Below, piece by piece: positions 11,876 to 26,650 of a stretch of 26,650 nt of DNA. Source of the stretch: Macrostomum lignano (taxonomy: Eukaryota); the NCBI GenBank assembly GCA_002269645.1, contig NIVC01005087.1, positions 1 through 26,650 on the forward strand, in the 5' to 3' direction. Position numbers and translations under genes: made by a program. Under the pieces are notes generated by a model, which saw nothing but the letters and a program-made list of their open reading frames with translations, was not told the DNA's origin and did not search any database. Each line of letters starts with the position of its first letter. Positions within the stretch are counted from its first letter, which is position 1.

Positions 11876-12738
11876 CAACCCATCCTGCGTCTGCCTTCCA
11901 ACTAAGCTAAAAAGTAAATAGCAACTGCCATATCAAGCAGTTGAATGCATTTCAGACCTCTGAACACTTTTTATTGCCAATGCCATCTGTTTTCATTTAT
12001 CAGGAGAATTTTCCTCTTGCACATTTCACACTTTCAGCAGCAAAAATTCAATAAAATGTAAAAAAAGAGTTTTAAGCGCAAGCAGATGCAAGTCATTCCG
12101 TGTGCAAAGGGTTATTATAAACTATTGGCATTTGTTCAGCAATCCGGTTGCAGTCGCAATGAGCTAACAAAGCGGCGGAACCCCCACTGAGGGGCCGGGC
12201 AGAGGAGAGTCCAGTCGGCCTTTATAGAAAGGGAAAATAAAAACGGCAATTATGGGATCAATGGGGCTAAAAACGTTGGCAATAACAATTCCCACAGGGC
12301 CGATGAGGGCCGCACGAGGTGTTTAAACGCGTGTGCGGTCTGTTCACAGAGCCGCCTCTCTTTGAGCCGTAATTCTTGGCATTGCCAACAAAATAGGCTG
12401 TAATATGCTAATTTCAGGCAGGCCCGAGTCCGTGTGTGTACCGCAGTCACATATAACACCTCAGCCAGCTGTGATTTTTACTGCCGCCTCCCGCTCTCAC
12501 TCTCCTCTGGGCCGGCTCTTCCCCAACTGCTCACACTCCTCTTCTAGGAAGTTATAATTAATCTTGCTAACAAACAGATCGCATAAATACATTTTATTTT
12601 GATTTGCTATTCAGGCCCAATGATAGAGGAACTTTGGGAGTTAAAGGGGGAAGTGATGGAGTGCGAAATCGTAACGCTGACGGAGCTGTTTATGATGCCG
12701 CTAGTGCTGGGGGAATGAGCAGTCTGTCCATCTATCTG

Positions 12739-18701
<5,963 letters not shown>

Positions 18702-19239
18702 ATGTCTGTGCATCTGTGTACCTCTTCAAGTTTAATGGCAGTCAATTTGCATAATCATTTTTTAACTTCAAGCGGGTTGTATTCAGCCCTGAGCAATTTT
18801 CTACCGCTGGAGAGTTTTATTGCGGCGCTATTATACTGTTGATATTCTAATCGTAGGGTGCCGCAGCCCCTGCTCACGCGGTTCTGTCTCGTACTCAGTT
18901 TTTTGTCTCTTAAATTTGGCGCCTTCAAGTAATTAAAAAGAGCCCCGCAGTCATTCGGGCAATTAAAGAATCTCTCCGTTTCTGACTTTACGAGGCGGCC
19001 AAATCTATGGGGAGGGCGGGGGGGGAGTTCGAGCTCGGACTGAAAGAAACTCTCGAGATGCACTCAACCTCGCGGCAAAGAGCTAAACAAAGCTGTTGCT
19101 ATTTAATATTCAAAATTTGGACGCATTAAATGTAATAAAAGTAAATAATAATAACTGGTTAAGATTTGCGCTTTCATTTTGGCGATCCGTATTTCCTTTG
19201 CGAATATCCGAATCCGTAAGATTGGATCCAACCACTTTC

Positions 19240-19692
19240 AATCCGCCCCTCACTGAATCCGCTCACACTGAATCCGCCCCTCACTGAATCCGCTCACACT
19301 GAATCCGCCCCTACTGAATCCGCCCCTACTGAATCCGCCCCTCACTGAATCCGCTCACACTGAATCCGCCCCTACTGAATCCGCCCTCACTGAATCCGCC
19401 CTCACTGAATCCGCCCCTCACTGAATCCGCCCTCACTGAATCCGCCCTCACTGAATCCGCCCTCACTGAATCCGCCCTCACTGAATCCGCCCCAACTGAA
19501 TCCACCCCAAATGAATCGCCCCTTACTGAATCCGCCCCCACTGAATCCGCCCCTCACTGAATCCGCCCCTCACTGAATCCGCCCCTCACTGAATCCGCCC
19601 CTCACTGAATCCGCCCCCACTGAATCCGCCCCCACTGAATCCGCCCCTCACTGAATCCTCCCCCACTGAATCTGCCCCCACTGAACCCGTCC
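19240..19692. repeat. 14-16-bp minisatellite (CTCACTGAATCCGCCC)n
   Basis: About 29 copies whose length varies in the C run. Confidence 0.95.
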
Positions 19693-20299
19693 CCACATCT
19701 TAAAGACTTAGCCAGTACTGTTCCAACAATTCAGTGAATTAGCTCCGGTCCGAGCACACAACCGCAGACCCCCCCCATAGGTAGACCGGCAGATCGCAGT
19801 GAAAAATGTTTGAGCCCAATTGTGCAACTTGTCTGTGCATTTGTAAGCAATAAAATTGCCAACTATAAAAATGGCTTTTAGATAGCCAATGCTCCAGATA
19901 CTCGAGCAGCAACCCCTGTGCTTTTGATCTTTTAACTATTTGGCCTGACCCGCCTCTGTTCTCTGCCTGTCTGGCAATTTTCATATGACTTTTATTGACT
20001 CGCATTCTAGGGTAGGGCAGCCGCTGACTGCTTCAGTCCTGTCTGTGTGTGTGTTTTTTATTGTCAACTTTTTTTCGCATTTTCATGTTGAAACCAGACT
20101 GTTGTGTGTTATTAATTGCCTCAGTGTACACTCCTCTTAAGCTCTCGGTCTGTCATGTCTTGGCTGAGTCACTTCAGAGTAGCAATTGTCTGCTCTAGCG
20201 AATGTTTGAAAACAAGAAAAATTGCTGACACACAGAAACAGAGTTGAATATTTTTGGCTAACATTATGAGCTAAATTGAACTCAATTAATGAAGATATG

Positions 20300-20797
20300 G
20301 AGGCAGAGATGCAGGGAGTTGTGGAGGCCGAGATGCAGGGAGTTGTAGAGGCAGAGATGCAGGGAGTTGTAGAGGCAGAGATGCAGGGAGTTGTAGAGGC
20401 AGAGATGCAGGGAGTTGTAGAGGCAGAGATGCAGGGAGTTGTAGAGGCAGAGATGCAGGGAGTTGTAGAGGCAGAGATGCAGGGAGTTGTAGAGGCAGAG
20501 ATGCAGGGAGTTGTAGAGGCAGAGATGCAGGGAGTTGTAGAGGCAGAGATGCAGGGAGTTGTAGAGGCAGAGATGCAGGGAGTTGTAGAGGCAGAGATGC
20601 AGGGAGGCAGAGATGCAGGGAGGCAGAGATGCAGGGAGGCAGAGATGCAGGGAGGCAGAGATGCAGGGAGGCAGAGATGCAGGGAGGCAGAGATGCAGGG
20701 AGGCAGAGATGCAGGGAGGCAGATATGCAGGGAGGCAGATATGCAGGGAGGCAGATATGCAGGGAGGCAGATATGCAGGGAGGCAGAGATGCAGGGG
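20300..20797. repeat. Compound minisatellite: 12 x 24 bp (GAGGCAGAGATGCAGGGAGTTGTA), then about 13 x 16 bp (GAGGCAGAGATGCAGG)
   Basis: 24-bp units at 20300-20587, 16-bp units from 20588; the array ends about 90 nt before the exon 3 acceptor. Confidence 0.96.
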
Positions 20798-20889
20798 CAG
20801 AGTGAGAGAAATGGGAAAAGTTTAGAGCCAAGTCTTGGGAGGCGGTCACAGACAACAAAAAACCCTTCTGAGCCGCCCTACAACTGCAG

Positions 20890-21270
20890 GTCTGGTTTCA
20901 AAACCGGCGAACGAAATGGCGCAAGAAGCACTCAGGCGCTGAGTGCGGCGGCGGCGGCGGCATCGGCGGCGGCAGTGGCGGCGGCTTCGCCTCAAAGTCG
21001 GCCCACCAGTCGAGCCTCGACGATGAAGAAGACATCGACTCGGACGGCGGTGCTCCAACGGACGGCGCCGCCGCCGCGGCCGCCGCCACCGCCGCCCTGA
21101 TGGCCGGGGTTGGTGTTGTGGACCTCCGGCACCACCGGCGGGTGACGTCTTCGTCGGGTGACGAGGATGAGGACGAGATGGAGGAGGAGGAGCGGAGGTC
21201 GCGCTGCTCAGCCCTGGAGATGTCCGCGGCGGCGAAGAAGCCGAGAATCAGTCACGACATTTGCTCTTGA
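20890..21270 (+). CDS. nkx6: Nkx6 coding exon 3 (helix 3 VWFQNRRTKWRKKH, Gly-, Ala- and acidic tracts, stop)
   Basis: Acceptor CAACTGCAG ends at 20889. The frame is open for 126 codons to TGA at 21268-21270 and joins exon 2 in phase 0. Total CDS is 969 nt (322 aa). Not shown in the ORF track because it lacks a start codon near its 5' end. Confidence 0.95.
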   Translation, partial: VWFQNRRTKWRKKHSGAECGGGGGIGGGSGGGFASKSAHQSSLDDEEDIDSDGGAPTDGAAAAAAATAALMAGVGVVDLRHHRRVTSSSGDEDEDEMEEEERRSRCSALEMSAAAKKPRISHDICS

Positions 21271-21803
21271 CGGAGTTCGATAGCGCAGATTTTCATTTTC
21301 AGTTTGTAAGCAAACCTGAGGACCTAGAATTGAATTGCGCTCCACTTAGAAGGCTTCAAAAAAGGCACTCAATTTTTGGCTTTAATATTGCTACGTGCTT
21401 TTCATTGTTAGAATTGATTTTCTGTGCGAAAATTGCAACTGCACTACTTACTGTCTTTTGTTAGTAGTGCAATACGCTAAACATGCACCTGTTTTATGTT
21501 TTCGCAAGAAAATCAGGTTATCAATTTGGTTGAATTTAGACAGCTGTGAATAATGATTAAAAAAGAAACACCTCTCTGCGCCAGAAGTTGCACTCTACAG
21601 CTGAACTCTTTGTCTTGCCCCATCCCTTCTCTGGCACTCTTTGTTATAAGTGTTTAATGCAATGCTCATTCTTTCAGTTAGTTAAATTTATCTTATATAT
21701 AAGTCGAAGTCGCTTGCTATCGCAAAAATGATATAACATGCTCTCAAGACATCTCTGTCATCGAATCCTCCGTTTGCATGACTGTATATAAACAAATATT
21801 ATA

Positions 21804-21809
21804 AATAAA
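21804..21809 (+). terminator. Candidate Nkx6 polyadenylation signal AATAAA
   Basis: AATAAA about 530 nt after the stop, in AT-rich sequence and followed by T/GT-rich sequence. Confidence 0.5.
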
Positions 21810-22459
21810 TAAGTATTAGAAATTGTTTGCAATTTTTTCAGTTAGTGCATTGTCTTCAACCGGGTATATTTTAGGTTGTCATAGCTATAAGACCTAAGCA
21901 GTCAGAGTCTCCTGATAAACAGTTTGACATATAGAATACGAGCAAATCATTTTGGATTGCTTCTATTACGTATAAATCTCAAATGACTCAGTTAGCGGCT
22001 CCTAAGACTCGTGATTGAAATCGAAAGCTTGCAAAAAATAACAAACAATGCTAAAATATACCTCTGTCCCATATTCATAGAATAGATAAATATCGCAAAG
22101 TGAAATTCCGACACCGTATTAGGAGAAAAATAATATAATAATAATACAGTCCAATTGATCAATAAGAAAATTAATCAACTGACAATAAGTCATATTAGGT
22201 CAGCATGGCGCGTACATGGCTTATCAGTTACCCTCTTGGCTGATCAATGTACATTAGTGGCTGGTTCTAATTTTAGAGAAAGCGTACATAGCAAATAGCT
22301 TTCTCACCCCTCTGCACTCTTCACAATGTACACAGGATCTATTTATAGCTCTCACACCCTCTTCTCTTTTTCTTATCCAATGTACATAGCAGCGATTGCT
22401 TATTCAGTCAGCCTGGCGCGAGGCCCCCACCCCCAACCAAAACCACCCCACAGTCCACC

Positions 22460-22658
22460 TCAGCTGGACACGCCCTTCAGAACGTCTTTAGGCACTTTCC
22501 AGCCCACGGGCACCCCATGCCGCTTATTATAGTCCGCAAGCCAGGCGTGCAGCGGCCGAAAGTACTCCAGCAAAGCCGACGTCTGCAGGCCGTCCTCCTT
22601 AGTGAATTCTCGCAGAGTCTCCTGCCATGGCCGGCTGCTACCAGACTTTAGCATTTGT
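22460..22658 (-). CDS. ace: ACE-like M2 peptidase, last coding exon (QMLKSGSSRPWQETL...LLEYFRPLHAWL...VGW)
   Basis: Matches the C-terminal part of the ACE domain (MLxxGxSxPW, LLEYFxPL, VGW). Acceptor CTACTTCCAG; phase 2 matches the previous exon. Confidence 0.9.
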
Positions 22659-22987
22659 CTGGAAGTAGGCCGAATTGCGATATTACGAGTATTTGCTGCT
22701 AATGGTTTGTGATGTATTAGATTGCTATCCATATCCATGAATCTCGTCTATGATTATCACAAACAACGAAGTTCCAAAATTAAAAAATATAAAACGACAA
22801 AGAATTTGGGCATTAGAAAATCCTAGAACTGAGAACGTCCCATTCATCATCTCAAACCTTGAATTTCACAGCAAACAAAAAATAATTAAACCTTAAAAAT
22901 ATGAGTACTAATCTAAAACATAGACAATCTGAGGAGTAAGGCTTTGTGTAGTTTTTTGTGAAAATTTGAGACTCTGTTTTCTCGGTC

Positions 22988-23262
22988 GGAGATGAGAGAG
23001 AAGGAAATGAGAGAAGGAGATGGGAGAAAGTGATGAAAGAGGGAGATGAGAGAGGGATGAGAGAGGGAGATAAGAGAGGGAGATGAGAGAGGGAGATGAG
23101 AGAGGGAGATGAGAGAGGGAGATGAGAGAGGGAGATGAGAGAGGGAGATGAGAGAGGGAGATGAGAGAGGGATGAGAGAGGGAGATGAGAGAGCAAGATG
23201 AGAGAGGGAGATGAGAGAGGGAGATGAGAGAGCAAGATGAGAGAGGGAGATGTGAGGGAGAG
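22988..23262. repeat. 13-bp purine-rich minisatellite (GAGAGAGGGAGAT)n in an ACE intron
   Basis: Period of 13 read directly; starts about 13 nt after the minus-strand donor. Confidence 0.95.
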
Positions 23263-23275
23263 GCAAACGGCTTAC

Positions 23276-23641
23276 AGGAACTTCTTTCCTGCCTTCTTGG
23301 ACCGGTAGAAGTCGCACCGGTTCACCGGTCCCTTGTGCCCGCTGAGCTGGCACATCCTCCTGTGCAGCTGGAACTGCAAGATGAAGCTGAAATAATAGCG
23401 AATATAGCTGATGTCCTGGGCCACGTGGTATTTGGCTCCGGCGTCGAATCCTCCGACGGCCGGTCCACCGGCGGGCAGATGCCGCCGTAGCGGGCGCGGA
23501 GGCCCCACCAGACCCGGTTGTAGGTGTCCGGACCGGCCGTCCCGTTGAACACCAGCCAGCGGAACACCCCGGTGGTGAGGGCGAAGGGCAGGAAGGCCAC
23601 CTTCTCAAGAGCCATGGAGAACAGCCGGTTCAGCTCCGCGT
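23276..23641 (-). CDS. ace: ACE-like exon (ALEKVAFLPF...YNRVWWGLR...GAKYHV...YIRYY...CDFYRS) with a 1-nt deletion at about 23447
   Basis: Hallmark ACE motifs are split across two frames (ORFs 23322-23615 and 23272-23508). Acceptor CAACCGCAG and donor GTAAG. The length (366) is 1 nt short of what the flanking phases require. Confidence 0.92.
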
Positions 23642-23661
23642 CTGCGGTTGGTGCGAATGCG

Positions 23662-24042
23662 GATGTCTAGTGTGAATCACACTAGTAATGAATACGGGTC
23701 TAGTGTGAATGCAAGTCTAGTGTGAATGCGGGTCTAGTGTGAATGCAAGTCTAGTAATGAATGCGGGTCTAGTGTGAATGCAAGTCTAGTAATGAATGCG
23801 GGTCTAGTGTGAATGCAAGTCTAGTGTGAATACGGGTCTAGTGTGAATGCAAGTCTAGTAATGAATACGGGTCTAGTGTGAATGTAAGTCTAGTGTGAAT
23901 GTGGGTCTACAAGCGTAGTGTGAATGGGGGCCTAGTGTTAATTGGCATCTAGCGTGGGTGTTTGTCTATGTTGTGAATGAGGGTCTAATGTGGATAGGTG
24001 TCTAGTGTGAATGTGGTCTAATGTAAACGTGGGTCTAGTGTG
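23662..24042. repeat. 17/18-bp minisatellite (GTCTAGTGTGAATGC[AA/GG])n filling an ACE intron
   Basis: Alternating AA/GG variants, degenerating toward 24042. Confidence 0.93.
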
Positions 24043-24093
24043 AGAGCCCTAGCTATTCACCCACACCGCATTGCACTGCAAATAGTGGCCCAC

Positions 24094-25036
24094 CTGCAGC
24101 CTCTGTGCCGTTAGGCAGCATGCCCAGAGTGGCAAAGTGGGCCCTGGTGTTCACAGACAGAGACATTGTGTCACCAACGGCCTCGTGAAAGCCCGAATTG
24201 GCGCTGTTTCTGAACTCCCTCGGCTGGCGGCTGTAGGCCATGAAGTATTCGATGTGCCCCATCTCGTGGTGAATGACGTTGAAGTCCTCAGCCCGGACCC
24301 TGCCGCACATTTTTATTCGGAAATCTTTTCTGTTGGCGAACTCCCAGGCAGAGGCGTGGCAGTCCTTGACTATGGACGAGTTGGCTGGCTTGAAGAAGTC
24401 GCTGCGCTGCCAGAACTCCTTGGTCATGGCCGGCATCCCCAGCGACTTGTAGAAGCCTTCGGCGGCTCGCACCAACTCGGTGAAGTTGCCGAACTTTCTC
24501 ACCAGCAAGTCAGTGTAGTTCACGGCTGCCACGCGGCGCGGGAAATCCTCGGACTGGAGGCTCCACTGCTGAGCCCACTGGTCGTGGCCGAGGATGTGCG
24601 CCGGCAGGCAGCCGTCCGGCCGGAATTTCCCCGGGTACCGGCGCGACAGCCGGTGCCGCACGTAGGCCTGCAGCTGGGTGTACAGGTCGGACAGCTGGGC
24701 GTACCAGGCCAGCACGTCCGAGTTGAAGCTGTCCGACTCGAAGTCGAGCGCCAGTCGGCCTCGCCAAAGTCGCCATAGCCGATCTGGCGAGCGGACGAGT
24801 TGGCCAGGCGGACGTAGGCAGTGAAGTTGGTTGCCATGGCACCGGCGGCGGAGTCGTACCAGGAGCGCCAGACGCTCAGCTTGTAGTCGTAGCTGGCCGA
24901 GGCGTTGGCCAGGACGTCCGAGACGGCCTGCTCGCCGACTGGGAGGCAGCCTGCGGCGCTGTTGTTGCCGAGCTTCGGACAGGCGGCGATGTGCGAGTAG
25001 GAGTTTTGCAGACTCTGATGCAGCTCCGAGAGCTGG
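24094..25036 (-). CDS. ace: ACE-like catalytic exon (CHASAW, HHEMGHIEY, GFHEAVGD) with a 1-nt deletion at about 24747
   Basis: HEXXH plus the downstream E zinc ligand of family M2. The 5' part (QLSELHQSLQNSYSH...GYGDFGEADWR) is in a different frame from the 3' part (DFESDSF...). The length (943) is 1 nt short of the phase requirement. Confidence 0.95.
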
Positions 25037-25095
25037 CTGTTGGATGGGGTGGGAGGTTGTCGAGAAATTGGGAAGCAGATTCACTATTTTCAATG

Positions 25096-25537
25096 ATGAC
25101 AGACAGATTAGACAGGTGGACACAGACAGATTAGACAGCTGGACACAGACAGATTAGACAGCTGGACACAGACAGATTAGACCAGTGGACACAGAAAGAT
25201 TTAGACAGGTGGACACAGACAGATTAGACAGGTGGACACAGACAGATTAGACAGGTGGACACAGACAGATTAGACAGCTGGACACAGACAGATTAGACAG
25301 GTGGACACAGACAGATTAGACAGCTGGACACAGACAGATTAGACAGGTGGACACAGACAGATTAGACAGGTGGACACAGACAGATTAGACAGGTGGACAC
25401 AGACAGATTAGACAGGTGGACACAGACAGATTAGACAGGTGGACACAGACAGATTAGACAGGTGGACACAGACAGATTAGACAGGTGGGACACAGACAGA
25501 TTAGACAGGTGGACACAGACAGATTAAACAGGTGGAT
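25096..25537. repeat. 23-bp minisatellite (ACAGACAGATTAGACAGGTGGAC)n filling an ACE intron
   Basis: About 19 copies. Confidence 0.96.
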
Positions 25538-25556
25538 ATGCTCAAATCCCACTCAC

Positions 25557-25711
25557 AGCCGGTCAGTCTCGTTCTCCAGCGTAGGGTCCAGCGTTAAAGC
25601 TTTAAATCGACGCCTCAGAGGGGCGTTTTGGAAGCTGCGCCATTGGAAACGCCTGGCGATGCGCAGGTTGCGCAGGCTCCACACCTCGACTCGATTCGAT
25701 AGCGTCAGCAA
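25557..25711 (-). CDS. ace: ACE-like upstream exon ([51 protein letters not shown])
   Basis: Matches the ACE N-terminal helix pattern AxxFxWxxFxxxxLRRxF. Acceptor CATCCGCAG and donor GTGAGT; phase 2 (CT+C) fits the next exon. Not in the ORF track. Confidence 0.85.
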
Positions 25712-25830
25712 CTGCGGATGCGAAGGTTTTTTCGAGAGTTGGGGGCATTTTCACGTTGAACGCGATTCACCAGCTTTCTGTCCTTCTGGGCTTCCAATGC
25801 GTTTCATTCATTGCAGGCTGACTGTTTTCC

Positions 25831-26650
25831 GTCACTCTACTGCCTGTCACTCTACTGCCTGTCACTCTACTGCCTGTCACTCTACTGCCTGTCACTCTAC
25901 TGCCTGTCACTCTACTGCCTGTCACTCTACTGCCTGTCACTCTACTGCCTGTCACTCTACTGCCTGTCACTCTACTGCCTGTCACTCTACTGCCTGTCAC
26001 TCTACTGCCTGTCACTCTACTGTGTCTCTACTGCTGTCACTCTACTGCCTGTCACTCTACTGCCTGTCACTCTACTGCCTGTCACTCTACTGCCTGTCAC
26101 TCTACTGCCTGTCACTACTGCCTGTCACTCTACTGCCTGTCACTCTACTGCCTGTCACTCTACTGCCTGTCACTCTACTGCCTGTCACTCTACTGCCTGT
26201 CACTCTACTGCCTGTCACTCTACTGCTGTCACTCTACTGCCTGTCACTCTACTGCCTGTCACTCTACTGCCTGTCACTCTACTGCCTGTCACTCTACTGC
26301 CTGTCACTCTACTGCCTGTCACTCTACTGCCTGTCACTCTACTGCCTGTCACTCTACTGCCTGTCACTCTACTGCCTGTCACTCTACTGCCTGTCACTCT
26401 ACTGCCTGTCACTCTACTGCCTGTCACTCTACTGCCTGTCACTCTACTGCTGTCACTCTACTGCCTGTCACTCTACTGCCTGTCACTCTACTGCCTGTCA
26501 CTCTACTGCCTGTCACTCTACTGCCTGTCACTCTACTGCCTGTCACTCTACTGCCTGTCACTCTACTGCCTGTCACTCTACTGCCTGTCACTCTACTGCC
26601 TGTCACTCCATTGCCTGTCACTCTACTCCATGTCTCTCTACTCCATGTCA
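25831..26650. repeat. 15-bp minisatellite (GTCACTCTACTGCCT)n, running off the window end
   Basis: About 54 copies; source of the VTGSR pseudo-ORFs. Confidence 0.97.

Noticed and set aside
20276-21100. 274-aa ORF (EAEMQGVV)n running into the exon 3 region
   Set aside because: Repeat-derived; it overlaps exon 3 in the wrong frame, and the homeodomain frame starts at 20890.
24053-25123. 356-aa ORF as a single-exon complete ACE
   Set aside because: Its first roughly 125 residues are off-frame or intronic. The true frame shifts at about 24747 and the exon is bounded by splice sites at 25036 and 24094.
25767-26621. (VTGSR)n ORFs
   Set aside because: Translation of the 15-bp minisatellite.

Overview
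Eukaryotic (animal) genomic DNA, roughly half tandem repeat, containing two convergent intron-containing genes. (1) On the + strand is a complete three-exon Nkx6-family homeobox gene (CDS 6603-6915, 9074-9348, 20890-21270; 322 aa) with an N-terminal eh1/TN motif and an intron splitting the homeodomain at VK|VWFQNRR. (2) On the - strand are four exons of an angiotensin-converting-enzyme-like M2 metallopeptidase (25711-25557, 25036-24094, 23641-23276, 22658-22460); its 5' end lies beyond the window. The zinc site is intact, but two single-base deletions break the frame. Every intron of both genes carries its own minisatellite next to the splice sites. The most unusual object is in the 11.5-kb Nkx6 intron 2: ten apparently identical head-to-tail copies of a 272-bp, non-coding, hairpin-rich unit with two CCAAT boxes (14353-17066). 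It sits almost exactly in the middle of a (TATC)n tract, with 403 units on the left and 408 on the right, and each unit ends in its own degenerate TATC stretch. This looks like a microsatellite-targeted, concatemer-forming mini-element of a family I cannot name. The repeat landscape is reminiscent of the flatworm Macrostomum (inference only, not verified). Nearly all long ORFs in the supplied track are repeat artefacts.
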